NCBI GenBank assembly: GCA_020348445.1
Contig: CP070751.1
Coordinates: 2,021,930-2,085,929, forward strand
Direction: 5' to 3'
Length of the DNA: 64,000 bases
Source of the DNA: Thermoplasmata archaeon
GTDB taxonomy: Archaea > Thermoplasmatota > Thermoplasmata > GCA-020350865
Positions 28,048-38,900 of this stretch are shown piece by piece. Each line of letters opens with the position of its first letter. Within the stretch, counting starts at the first letter, position 1. Position numbers and translations under genes: made by a program. The notes beneath the pieces were generated by a model. The model searched no databases. It saw only the letters and a program-made list of their open reading frames with translations, and had not been told where the DNA came from.

Positions 28048-31000
28048 TTAAACGCTCATAGCTTTAGAAGGGTAATACCTGCTTTCCCTCCCTACCATCT
28101 CTTTCTCGATCATACCTTCCCTTTCAAGTTTTGCCAGGTGATATCCTGCCACCTGACGGCTGATACCAATTTTTGAGGCCACCTTCTTTTGACTGATACC
28201 TGAATTCCTCTTTATGATCCCCACTATTTTCTCCTGAATATCACTAAGAGGAGTTTTACCAATTTCTGCCTTTGGGTACCCTGTTGGGTAAAAGCGTTTC
28301 TTTAAACCGTCCTGCTTGGAATAAATAAGGTGTGCTCTGGCTAGCTGTCTGATGTGATCTGCAAGTTGGCCATTACCAAGCTCTAGATCATGTTTTATCA
28401 ATCCGAAATGTGCACCTGGATTACCGATTATATATCCAAGGATCTTGTATCGTGTAGGCTGGTCCAGTACCTTATCTTTCTTAATCCTGGAATACAGCGG
28501 GAGGAACAACATCAATAATCCATATTTTACAACTTCAATGGATAATCCGGCCAAACTGAAGGCTCCTATAAATCCAACCAAAAGAACCAAAGCCCAAGGA
28601 AACGCCTGTTCTGAGGATTTGATAATCACCTCTTTACTCTCAAGAGATATCACCGTCTCGGTATTTTCTTCAATTGAAATCACAGATTCAGCAGAGAGTG
28701 AATCCTTTGTTACCAAAATACGATATGGATTATAGGATACTGTGGATGTTGAATCCTGAAATTGCACAGTTAATGGTGTCTGTTCTATCCATCCATCCGA
28801 GTCTGTTATGTGCGAGGACACAACTGTATTAAAGACATCATATATTAAAACTGCAGCATCTTTGACTGGATTTCCCTCTTCATCAACAACTCTTACTCTC
28901 AGGAACCACTGATCCTCCAATCCTGAGATGTCGTCCAATTGATAACTCTCGATTACAGAATTGACCTTTGTAGCAGTTGTATCCTTTAGCCACAATTCTT
29001 TGATAGTGGAATCAACAAATAACATCTTGGAGTCAGTCAATATGTTGTCTTTAACTACCAATGAATCTGCAAATTCAGCATATATTCCATAATTGGTAAT
29101 TTCGCTGATTTTGTTGTTTGAAAGTGTGGGTGAAGAATATTCACAGTAAATTCCATAGTCTGCATCAGATATCGTGTTATGTGCAATATAGGGAGAGGCT
29201 CTGATTAAATAGATACCATATTTGTTTCTGGATGCTATATTGTTGGTTATGGATATGGTTGAGGCATTTTCCACCATAATTGCTATGTAGTTGTCCTCCA
29301 AAGTGTTACCATCAAATTCCAATGTATCAAGAGGAATGTCCGGGTCGTAATAATACGCTATATGATTATGATGGAAACGGTTCCAATTGAAGCAGTTTCT
29401 CAGCTGGGAATCGTAATCCTTTGCCCCATACACGGTGTTATACGATATCTCGTTATATCTGATAGCGTCATTGTAGGCCTCAAATGTAACGATGCCATTT
29501 TGTCCGCCAGTGATCTTGTTATAGGTAATCCAACCGCCAGTTGTACGATAATTATAGAGGCCATAATCATAATCCCTGATTATATTATAAGTAATTTTTG
29601 TGGAATCTGATTCATCGCAATATATTCCATATTCGCCGTTCTGAATGGTGAAGCCACTTATTCTTACATTATCGCCAGTTAAATAAATCACCTTTCCGTA
29701 ACCTTGTCCATCAATTATGACTGTGTCCCTGTCCTCACCCATGAGGATAATTGATTTGCTTATGGTAAGATGCTCGAAATAAGTTCCGCTGTAGACATAC
29801 ACTGTATTACCATCTTTTGCATTATCAATTGCCTCTTGGATGGATGTGAAATGCGCTCCACCACTGTCGTCCACTGTGATATTGTCAGGTAAGGTCACTG
29901 TCAAGGTACCTGTCGTATCAGTTATTCCTCCACCATAATCTGCAGTCACAACGCAGGTTCCCATACCAACGGCAGTGAATTTCGTAGAAGAGCCCGAAGA
30001 AGGATCCACGGTCCCTACACTCTCGTCATCGCTTGACCAAGATACGCTAACATCTTCAAAATATCCTGCAGTATTGTTAAATGCTGCAGCATAGAACATG
30101 TCGGGATCTCCGATGATATAGAGCATTTCTCCAACCTCATCACCCAAACCATCAGGAGCATTCATGATCTTCATATAATCAATAGTTGGTTTTTGTACTG
30201 TTACCTGAGTTGTGGCACTATGGCCCATCCATTCATAGAGAGAGATCCTCACAGTACCATAATTGGTGTTGCTACATGTAATGGATGAGGATACACCGTA
30301 AGTTGTGACCTCTACGATGTCGGTATTGCTGCTGGTCCAAATCGATGTACTGGCTACATCGATGAGATAGCCTTCACTGTAGTTGTACATTGCTCCATAA
30401 AATGTGGTTGAATGTCCTACAGGGTAGCTGGGATAGTTAGCCGGATCGCTTAAGTCTATCCCTCCTCCATTGGGTGCATCCCTAATCAGTATATAATCCA
30501 CGTTCCAGAATAATACAGTTACTGCCGTGGAGTAAATGTGGCTTGCACCGTCATTCAACTTCACTGTTACGGTACCCCAATTTGTATCATTGCATGTGAC
30601 GGCAGAGAAATTCCCGGGGCTTGTAACCTCGACAATTGATGTGTCTGTGCTTGTCCAACTGGACGTTTGTGGAACAGTGCCGATGAAATTAACTGTGTTG
30701 TTGTATGAAGCCCCATAATATACATCTATAGCCCCTCTTTGATAGCTGATACTGCTAATCGGGGCTCCTCCCCCATTATCAGCAGAACGGATCTGAACAT
30801 AATCGACTCTCGGGGCAAGAACAGTAAGTGTGCCTGTTGTATTGCTGAAGCTTTTATAAGTCGCCATAACCTTGCATGTACTATCAGTTGTCACCCATTG
30901 TGCAGTGAAGGTAGTAAAAACACCTGGTGAAGTTACTTTGCCCACATCTGTATCATCGCTGTCCCACGACGCGATTACATCTGTTACATAACCGTATGTG

Positions 31001-32988
31001 TAGTTGAATGCAATTGCATAGAAAGTATCAGTGTCCCATACACTATAGGTTTTATCGCCTATATGATTACCGGAACCACCAGGAGCGTCCATAATAGATA
31101 TGTAATCAATTGTATAGCTGAAAACAGTTAAAGTTGTACTGTTCCAAACCCCGAAGGCCCATATTCCTATGACAGATGTACCTGTGTTAGTATCGCTGCA
31201 TGTGATGATAGCTTGGCTTCCTTGAACTGTAATGGTAGCTACACTCAAATTTGAACTGTTCCAAAATGCATCTTGGCCTGGGTACGCAGACAATATATCA
31301 CATAGATAACCGTTTGTTCTGTTATATAAAGCTCCATAATATATGTCCACACTTCCCAATACGTAATAAGGATCTGTAACGACATTTCCTCCTCCATTTG
31401 GAGCATCGCGAATTTGAACATAATCAACGGTGGCAGAAGAGACTGTAATTATACCTGTATCATCAGTTATCCCACCATAATTAGCAGTGACAATGCATGT
31501 TCCATCTGCTATAGGATCAAAATATGTTGAATAACCTGGTGATGATACGTTGCCAACACTGTCATTGCTGCTCATCCAAGTTACATACACACCTCCTAGA
31601 TAGCCATGCGTGTCGTTGTATGCCACTGCAAAAAAGACCTCTCCGTAATTCCAGGTGAAGTAGAACCTGTCTCCAACCTCGTTATCATAACTGTCTACAA
31701 TCGTGATAGAATCCACTTTAGCTACAGTGATGACGCCAGTGTCATCTGTTATGCTTCCTCCATAATCTGCGGAAACGATACAAGTGCCCGGTCCTCGTGC
31801 TCTAAATGTGGTAGAAGAATCATTGCCATTCACTTCTCCAACACTGGGATTACTGCTAGTCCAGTTCACTGAGACATCGCCTACATATCCCACCGTATTA
31901 TTATAGCCTGCGGCAAAGTATTCATCTGTATCTCCAATCTTATACAACATATCCTCGACAGGGGAGCCCATGTTTCCATAAGAGTCGCGGATGATAATAT
32001 AGTCTACATCATATGTTTTTACAGTGATAATGCCTGTGTTATTAAATAATCCGCCATTTATATATACATTCACAATACAAGTTCCTGGCCCTATTGCCCT
32101 GAAAAATGCAGATTCGTTTTCTTGGCTATCTACAAATGCGACCATTGTATTGTTGCTCCACCATTCCCCTATCATATCCCGTAGGAAACCAAATGTATCA
32201 TTATAGGCTGCTGCCCAAAACAAATCTGTCTGTCCAACATAATATGTTCTATCAAAAACAACCTCCCCACCACCATCAGGACCATCACGGATAATTAGTT
32301 CATCTATTGTATATACCGTAAGTATACCTGTATCGTTGGTAATCCCTCCGCCATAATTTGCCGTGACAACACAAGTTCCCCCTCCTAAAGCATAAAATGA
32401 TGTCTGAGAGTGATTTGTGGTCACTGTTCCAACATTCTCATCGCTGCTTGTCCAATTCACTTTTACATCACCGACGTAGCCGAATGATATATTATATCCT
32501 GCAGCGTAGAATGTGTCGACATCCCATTGAACATAAGTGCGTGGTCCTACCCAATTACCACCGTTTCTTGGCTGGTCTCTGATAATTATGTAATCAACTG
32601 ATGGGGGAGAGATTTCTATATCAAATGAATCTGACAGTCCCAAAGAACTGTTATAAACAGTCTGCTTAAACAAACCAGGAGTTCCACCAGCTGTGAATGT
32701 GGAATTTGTACCCAAATTTGGAGACCAAATACCTCCTCCCCCGGTCCAATTCACCTCTACCAAGTCCACATAACCGGTTGTGGTATTATAACCAGAAGCA
32801 TAGGCTGTAACCTGTCCCCCTATATCTACGACAACTGTTGTTAGTTCTGTCCCATCAGGTGCATCAGTAAGAACAATGTAATCTATCCCTTGAGCCCTTG
32901 AATCTTCCTGATAAAAAAGAAAGATGCTCAACATGATCAAACCGAACAACACTAGACTTAATAGCTTTCCTTTCCTCATATTCATCAC
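28048..32988 (-). CDS. Membrane-anchored surface protein (1,646 aa; likely start ATG 32979): 10 Ig-like repeats, beta-helix, beta-sandwich, TM helix, tandem winged-HTH; closest paralog is 8376..15680
   Basis: Signal peptide MRKGKLLSLVLFGLIML; ITVDDSGGAHFTSIQEAI; TM FPWALVLLVGFIGAFSLAGLSI; HTH helices GNGQLADHI and ISRQVAGYHL. Confidence 0.9.
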   Translation of the reverse strand: MMNMRKGKLLSLVLFGLIMLSIFLFYQEDSRAQGIDYIVLTDAPDGTELTTVVVDIGGQVTAYASGYNTTTGYVDLVEVNWTGGGGIWSPNLGTNSTFTAGGTPGLFKQTVYNSSLGLSDSFDIEISPPSVDYIIIRDQPRNGGNWVGPRTYVQWDVDTFYAAGYNISFGYVGDVKVNWTSSDENVGTVTTNHSQTSFYALGGGTCVVTANYGGGITNDTGILTVYTIDELIIRDGPDGGGEVVFDRTYYVGQTDLFWAAAYNDTFGFLRDMIGEWWSNNTMVAFVDSQENESAFFRAIGPGTCIVNVYINGGLFNNTGIITVKTYDVDYIIIRDSYGNMGSPVEDMLYKIGDTDEYFAAGYNNTVGYVGDVSVNWTSSNPSVGEVNGNDSSTTFRARGPGTCIVSADYGGSITDDTGVITVAKVDSITIVDSYDNEVGDRFYFTWNYGEVFFAVAYNDTHGYLGGVYVTWMSSNDSVGNVSSPGYSTYFDPIADGTCIVTANYGGITDDTGIITVSSATVDYVQIRDAPNGGGNVVTDPYYVLGSVDIYYGALYNRTNGYLCDILSAYPGQDAFWNSSNLSVATITVQGSQAIITCSDTNTGTSVIGIWAFGVWNSTTLTVFSYTIDYISIMDAPGGSGNHIGDKTYSVWDTDTFYAIAFNYTYGYVTDVIASWDSDDTDVGKVTSPGVFTTFTAQWVTTDSTCKVMATYKSFSNTTGTLTVLAPRVDYVQIRSADNGGGAPISSISYQRGAIDVYYGASYNNTVNFIGTVPQTSSWTSTDTSIVEVTSPGNFSAVTCNDTNWGTVTVKLNDGASHIYSTAVTVLFWNVDYILIRDAPNGGGIDLSDPANYPSYPVGHSTTFYGAMYNYSEGYLIDVASTSIWTSSNTDIVEVTTYGVSSSITCSNTNYGTVRISLYEWMGHSATTQVTVQKPTIDYMKIMNAPDGLGDEVGEMLYIIGDPDMFYAAAFNNTAGYFEDVSVSWSSDDESVGTVDPSSGSSTKFTAVGMGTCVVTADYGGGITDTTGTLTVTLPDNITVDDSGGAHFTSIQEAIDNAKDGNTVYVYSGTYFEHLTISKSIILMGEDRDTVIIDGQGYGKVIYLTGDNVRISGFTIQNGEYGIYCDESDSTKITYNIIRDYDYGLYNYRTTGGWITYNKITGGQNGIVTFEAYNDAIRYNEISYNTVYGAKDYDSQLRNCFNWNRFHHNHIAYYYDPDIPLDTLEFDGNTLEDNYIAIMVENASTISITNNIASRNKYGIYLIRASPYIAHNTISDADYGIYCEYSSPTLSNNKISEITNYGIYAEFADSLVVKDNILTDSKMLFVDSTIKELWLKDTTATKVNSVIESYQLDDISGLEDQWFLRVRVVDEEGNPVKDAAVLIYDVFNTVVSSHITDSDGWIEQTPLTVQFQDSTSTVSYNPYRILVTKDSLSAESVISIEENTETVISLESKEVIIKSSEQAFPWALVLLVGFIGAFSLAGLSIEVVKYGLLMLFLPLYSRIKKDKVLDQPTRYKILGYIIGNPGAHFGLIKHDLELGNGQLADHIRQLARAHLIYSKQDGLKKRFYPTGYPKAEIGKTPLSDIQEKIVGIIKRNSGISQKKVASKIGISRQVAGYHLAKLEREGMIEKEMVGRESRYYPSKAMSV

Positions 32989-33012
32989 TTGCCGGTATAT
33001 ATGAAAGTGCCA

Positions 33013-33075
33013 ATATAAATGAAGTTCGGGATGCTTTTTTGCGTATTATATATGATTTTTGGAGCGCTTTTTTGC
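33013..33075 (-). promoter_or_regulatory. TATA box plus family promoter motif, two copies 33 bp apart
   Basis: The + strand reads ATATAAATGAAGTTCGGGATGCTTTTTTGC...TTTGGAGCGCTTTTTTGC. The TATA box ends 34 nt before ATG 32979. Confidence 0.72.
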
Positions 33076-33136
33076 ATTTTCTTAGCTTGGAAGGAAAATA
33101 AGTTAAAAAACAGGATAATACACAGGAATTGGGGAT

Positions 33137-33997
33137 TTATTTGTTCAAACTACCCATCCTGTATCCCTCCAAATCGAGGGTTACAAATTTGAAGCCAAGA
33201 TCTTTAATTTTGGGCACCAATTTCCTAATTTCACTTAAATCGAGTTCTTCATCCTTCCCTATTTCGATTCTGGCTAAATCACCGTGGTATCTCACGCGGA
33301 CATCATGAAAACCCAGCATTTTAAGCTCATTCTCAGCTATCTCTATCTTTTTTAGACCTTCCTCATCAATTGGCATATCTTTTGGAAATCTGGAGGAAAG
33401 ACAGGCCATTTGAGGTTTGTCCCATGTTGGCAGGGCCAAGGCTTTTGAAATTGCCCTTATGTCCTTCTTTCTCAGCTCAGCCTCCAAAAGTGGGCTCTTC
33501 ACATGGTTCTTTGCGGCAGCATCCCTTCCAGGCCTAATGTCATCCAAGTCATCGAAGTTGGAGCCGTCAAATACATGGATATAACCTTCATTTGCCTTTA
33601 TCTCATTTAAAATGCAGAACAAACCATCTTTGCAGTAAAAGCACCGCATCTCATCGTTTCTTTTGAAGTTCTCGTCTTCCAGCTCGTTATGTGGTAGAAT
33701 GCGGTGATTTAGGTTATATTTTCTAGCAAACTCCTTTGCTTCGGACAGTTCATTTCTTGGAAGTGTGGGCGAGTCGGCTGTGACACAAAGAGATTTACCC
33801 AGCAATTGACTGCAGAGATATGCCAAAAGAGAACTGTCAACCCCTCCTGAGAATGCCACCACACCGCTTTCACATTTTTTAATAATATCGCATAATTTGA
33901 GGAATTTCATTGCAAGCTTGGGATCTTCTTTCATTAGAAGCTCCAATGTTTTCTTGATATCAACTGCAAAGGTACTTCTGCTTTCCATCATATCCAA
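33137..33997 (-). CDS. larE: ATP-dependent sulfur transferase LarE (PP-loop, TIGR00268-type)
   Basis: AFSGGVDSSL PP-loop, RCFYCK, DGSNFDD...RPG, WDKPQMACLSSRF, FKFVTLDLEGYRMGS. Confidence 0.88.
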   Translation of the reverse strand: MDMMESRSTFAVDIKKTLELLMKEDPKLAMKFLKLCDIIKKCESGVVAFSGGVDSSLLAYLCSQLLGKSLCVTADSPTLPRNELSEAKEFARKYNLNHRILPHNELEDENFKRNDEMRCFYCKDGLFCILNEIKANEGYIHVFDGSNFDDLDDIRPGRDAAAKNHVKSPLLEAELRKKDIRAISKALALPTWDKPQMACLSSRFPKDMPIDEEGLKKIEIAENELKMLGFHDVRVRYHGDLARIEIGKDEELDLSEIRKLVPKIKDLGFKFVTLDLEGYRMGSLNK

Positions 33998-34095
33998 ACC
34001 ATAAGAGTAATAGGTTTATTGGAATTTCCTATACCCAAATATGCAACAATAGATTATAAATGCTTGGATTTGTATTACCCTTTTAATGTGATAAC

Positions 34096-34698
34096 ATGTA
34101 TTCAATAGAGGATGGTAAGTTCGCAGTAAAAACGGCCAGGAATTTTGTTAGTGCCGCTGTTTCGGGTAAAACGGCTGAAATGGCCGATATTCCCCAGAAA
34201 TTCCAAGAAAAATCCGGTGTATTTGTTACTTTAAATACTTTTCCAAAGCATAATCTCAGAGGTTGCATAGGGTACATTGAGCCCATTTTCCCTTTAATAG
34301 AGGCCCTAAAGAAAGCAAGCGAAAGCGCCGCTCTCCACGATCCCAGGTTTCCACCAGTTCGAGAGGAGGAGCTCGAATCCCTTGTAATTGAGGTAAGCCT
34401 TCTTACTCCGCCAGAGCTGATTAAGGTCAAGAAACCCAAACATTATGCAAAAGAGGTAAAAATTGGGAAGGATGGCTTGATAGTTGAAAAAGGAATCAGA
34501 AAAGGATTACTTCTACCACAGGTTCCTATTGAATGGAATTGGAGTGTGGATGAGTTTTTATCCCATACTTGTATGAAGGCTGGGCTACTTCCCGATAGCT
34601 GGCTTGAGGAAGGTATCAAAATATATAAGTTCACGGCCGAGATATTTAGTGAACGTGAACCTCATGGCGAGATAGTTGAAAAACAACTTAAGGAATAG
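34096..34698 (+). CDS. AMMECR1-domain protein (TIGR00296 / AmmeMemoRadiSam protein A type)
   Basis: GVFVTL, LRGCIGY, AALHDPRF, IEVSLLT, GLLLPQVPIEWNW, CMKAGL. Confidence 0.9.
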   Translation: MYSIEDGKFAVKTARNFVSAAVSGKTAEMADIPQKFQEKSGVFVTLNTFPKHNLRGCIGYIEPIFPLIEALKKASESAALHDPRFPPVREEELESLVIEVSLLTPPELIKVKKPKHYAKEVKIGKDGLIVEKGIRKGLLLPQVPIEWNWSVDEFLSHTCMKAGLLPDSWLEEGIKIYKFTAEIFSEREPHGEIVEKQLKE

Positions 34699-34700
34699 AT

Positions 34701-35984
34701 ATGGAATTGGTTATAGAAGGCAATGCCTTAATCGATAAAGAGATTGTTAAGTGCTGTATTGGGGTTGAGGAGGGCAAGATAAAAGCCATAAAGAAGATTT
34801 TAAAAGGGGAAAAACACCACGATTTTGGAGATAAACTTATTCTGCCAGGGGCAATTGATGCACATGTGCATTTTCGCGATCCTGGACTCACACATAAGGA
34901 GGATTTTGGAACTGGTACAACTTCTTGTGCATTCGGAGGAGTGACCTGCGCCCTGGATATGCCCAATACCCTTCCCCCTGTAACAAATATTTTGGCCCTT
35001 GAAGAAAAAGCCAGAAATGCAGATATGAAGGCTTTTGTGGATTTTGGATTGTTCGCGGGAGTCAGCCTGAATTGTGATATCGAAGCCCTTGCGAAATCTG
35101 CAGTTGGCTATAAAATATATTTAGCCACTACTACAGGTGATATGCTTATTGATGATTATAAGGCATTAGAGGGGATTTTCAAAGATATAAATGAAACAGA
35201 AAAACCAGTTTCTGTGCACTGCGAGGATGAGGCCCTGATGGACAGGACATTAAATCCTGACTCATTGAGAAAGTATCTGAAATCAAGGCCTAATATATGT
35301 GAAGAATCAGGAATCAAGAAAGTGCTAAATAACCGTGGTAATGCAAAGGCACATATCTGTCATGTTTCCACTTCTGAGGGGGCGAGGCTAATCGAAAATG
35401 AAAGCATAACCTCGGAAGTCACACCACATCATCTTTTTTTGAATTCCAACTCAGATATCGGAGCCCTTGGCAAGGTCAATCCACCTCTTCGAGAATCAAA
35501 GGATCAAGAGGCACTGTGGAATGCACTAAGTCAAGGTACTATTGACATCATGGCATCTGATCATGCCCCCCATACCCTTGATGAAAAGGAGCAATTTGAG
35601 ACTGCAGCCCCTGGTATCCCTGGTGTTGAGACCATGGTACCTCTGATGCTCTATATGGTAAAGCAGAATAAATTCCAGTTGGAAAGGCTGGTTGATGCAG
35701 CATGCAAAAGACCTGGGGAGATTTTTCACCTGAAAAAAGGAAGGCTTGCCCCTGGTTACGATGCTGATATTATAATGGTGGACATGAGATCTGAGGCAGA
35801 AATTAAAGGCAAGAACCTCCATTCAAAGTGCGGGTGGACACCATTTGAGGGCTTTTCAGCCATATTTCCAAGATTTACCTTTGTAAGAGGAGAAGTGGTA
35901 ATTGAGGATTGGGAGCTAACTGGCGAGAGAGGATATGGTAAAATGGTTATAGGAAATCATATGGGGATGGAAAACAAGGAATGA
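34701..35984 (+). CDS. pyrC: Dihydroorotase (archaeal multifunctional-complex type, amidohydrolase fold)
   Basis: LPGAIDAHVHFRDPG, DMPNT, VHCED, HICHVST, EVTPHHL, KVNPPLR, SDHAPH. Starts 2 nt after the preceding stop. Confidence 0.85.
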   Translation: MELVIEGNALIDKEIVKCCIGVEEGKIKAIKKILKGEKHHDFGDKLILPGAIDAHVHFRDPGLTHKEDFGTGTTSCAFGGVTCALDMPNTLPPVTNILALEEKARNADMKAFVDFGLFAGVSLNCDIEALAKSAVGYKIYLATTTGDMLIDDYKALEGIFKDINETEKPVSVHCEDEALMDRTLNPDSLRKYLKSRPNICEESGIKKVLNNRGNAKAHICHVSTSEGARLIENESITSEVTPHHLFLNSNSDIGALGKVNPPLRESKDQEALWNALSQGTIDIMASDHAPHTLDEKEQFETAAPGIPGVETMVPLMLYMVKQNKFQLERLVDAACKRPGEIFHLKKGRLAPGYDADIIMVDMRSEAEIKGKNLHSKCGWTPFEGFSAIFPRFTFVRGEVVIEDWELTGERGYGKMVIGNHMGMENKE

Positions 35985-35985
35985 A

Positions 35986-38900
35986 TTATGGCTCTTTATC
36001 CTCTTTCTCATCTTCAATATCTTCAGGGCTTTTTTCTTCTTCTGTGTTTTTATTTTCGGTTTGTCTTTTCTTCCTCATGAATAAAAAGATAATTACTAGA
36101 AATAAAAGAATAATTCCCAAAATCACAATCCAAATCCATATGGGAATAGGAGGTTGAGACTCATCCTTCTTCCAGACCTTTGGATCCAAAGGATCAATAT
36201 CCTCATCATCATTGTGACCGTCATTATCATCATCGGGATCTGCATTGTTGCCTATCCCGTCACCGTCTGTATCTACCCATTCAGATGAATTCAATGGAAA
36301 ATCGTCATCTTCATCCAAATAACCATCATTGTCATCGTCCCAATCCTTATAATCAGGAATTGTATCATTGTCAGTATCCAACCTTGGAGTTTCATTTATT
36401 TCATTTGAACCAGGACCCTCGCCAACTGCATTTACAGCCCTTACTTTATAGTAATATGTAACATCATTTGTAACGTTTGAATCCCTGTAAAATAGAGAAT
36501 CGTCTATCTCAACCAGTAAACCCTCCTCGCCTTTTTCTGTGCTGCGATAAATTCTGTAATTTGAAATCGAAGAACCACCATATGAATCGGGGATGTTCCA
36601 ATATATTGTCACCAAAGAATCCCCTGATCTTGAAGTTAGTTCTATGGGCGCAGTGGGTACTTTTGGTGTCGTGGCACTTGCCTTATTTGATTTTTGTCCT
36701 TCCCCAAGAGCATTTACCGCGCTTACTTCATAATAATATGAAACTCCATCACTCACATTCAAATCATTGTAGTACAATAGCTTGCTTCCTACCTCTGCAA
36801 TCAAGGACTTTGCACTCGGGGTACTCCCTCTATAGATTCGATAATTTGTAATTGGAGATCCGCCATCCGAAAATGGAGCTTCCCATGTTATGTTGATACG
36901 TGATACATGGGAAAAGGCGGGCCATAAAAGAGGTGCACCAGGAACTGATAATGGGGTGGCCCTTGCCCCCTCTGAAAGGGGACCTTCTCCTACTTCATTT
37001 ACAGCAGAAACTTTGTAATAATAAGTGACACCATTGGATACATCTGTATCGTTGAAAAGCAAGAAATTATCGATTTCCTGATAAAAGGTCTCATCACCAG
37101 AAGTGGTTCCTTTGTAAATTCTGTAGTTTATTATTGATGAGCCACCATCTGATTCAGGGACTTCCCAGGTAAGGTTTACATAAGAATCACCTGATGATGC
37201 CTGAAGATTCTGTGGTACCGTGGGTATTGTAATAGCATCGACTACGAAGCTCCAAGACACAGTTGCCTCATTACCCCAAATATCCTCAACTGAAAGAAAA
37301 ACAGTGTGTGATTCATCATCCAAAGGAGAATCAGGGATATATGAAATATTATAGGCTGTAATATCAGCAAAAGAGGTTACATTTATCCCATCAACCTCTA
37401 GTAGAACAGTGGATGTGTTGATCCCTGAGATATCGGTATAATTTGCTCTAATTTCAGGTACACTTAAGTTAATAATGGAAGCATCAGAAGGTTGGAGATT
37501 CGTAATCAAAGGAGGGATTTCTTCCCTATATTTAGTAAGTGGATAATTGTCCTGGCTGTCAGAATCGATAATATATGGGTTCCTTCCACCACCTAAGCCA
37601 GATCCGTTGTCCACTATATCGTCACTTCCTAAAATGTCCTGATTTGGTCCTTGATAATCGTCATATGCCCCTTCATCTGGTTTGTTAAAATCTGACCAGA
37701 AGTTGCCGCCTGAAGGATAGGTATCATTCCAGTAATTGAAATTCGTGTCATCCCGTGCTTGATTTGTATTATCTATTATATGGTTGTGATAAATCCAATT
37801 ACCTGACGATGAGGCCAGATTTATGCCACAATCACTGTTGGATTGAATATAGTTACCTGTTACGTTGTTATCCATGGAAGAAATAAGAAAGATACCATTT
37901 TGACCGTTTGAGAAAACGGTGTTATTTATTATATTATTTACATTTGTATTGATAGAGAGACTGATACCATTATCGGCGTTTGAGAATACCGTATTGTTTG
38001 AAATGTCATTACCATCGGTGTACTTTAAAAGGATACCGTTTTGGTTGTTTGAGACAATGTTGTCTGTTACATTGTTTTCGTCTTCCCCCCACACACGAAT
38101 ACCAATTTCAATGTTTGAGGATGCATTATTGTCCGTTACAATGTTCTTGCTTGAATACCAAATAGTGATTCCATCCTGATCATTGAAGGTTGCTATGTTT
38201 TCTGTTACAATATTAAAGGTTGAACTATAGAGATATATTCCATATTCGCCATTATAGGATACATTATTGCCTTTGATTGCATTTTCATTAGAATAATAGA
38301 GAGATATGCCAAACAAGTTATTTGTGACATTGTTAATCTCAATGGTAGTATTGGATGATGAAAGAAGGTAGACGCCACAGCCTAAATTATTAAATATTGT
38401 ATTATCGGTTATTGAGTTGTTAGATGAAGATGAGACGTTGACTCCATCAAAATTATTGGATATTATGTTCTTGTCAATTGTGTTATTAGTTGATGTCAGT
38501 GTGAGATAGATACCATGTCTTCCATTAGAGGATATATTGTTGTCCATTATTGTATTGTTCTTGGATGATGAGTGGAGTCTGATGCCCTCCCAGTCATTCA
38601 ATTGGATCGTATTATCTGTTATTGTATTGTTGAAGGCCAAACCCAGGTGAATCCCGTATTCATTGTTTATGACAATGTTGCGTTCTATTGTGTTATTTTT
38701 TGATGATGCAGTAAGATAGATGCCATGATTATTATTAGATATGCTATTGTCTCTTAGAGTAACATTTATTCCTGTGTAAAGATAGACACCATTTCCTCCG
38801 TTATCTGATATATAATTGTGAGTTACATTGTTAAAAGACAACTTAGAAAGATATATTCCATTAACCGAATTATTCCATATTATATTATCTATTATTGTAT

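Noticed and set aside
34083-34439. 118-aa minus-strand ORF opposite the AMMECR1 gene (and 40098..40514, 41290..41640)
   Set aside because: These are antisense to confidently identified genes.
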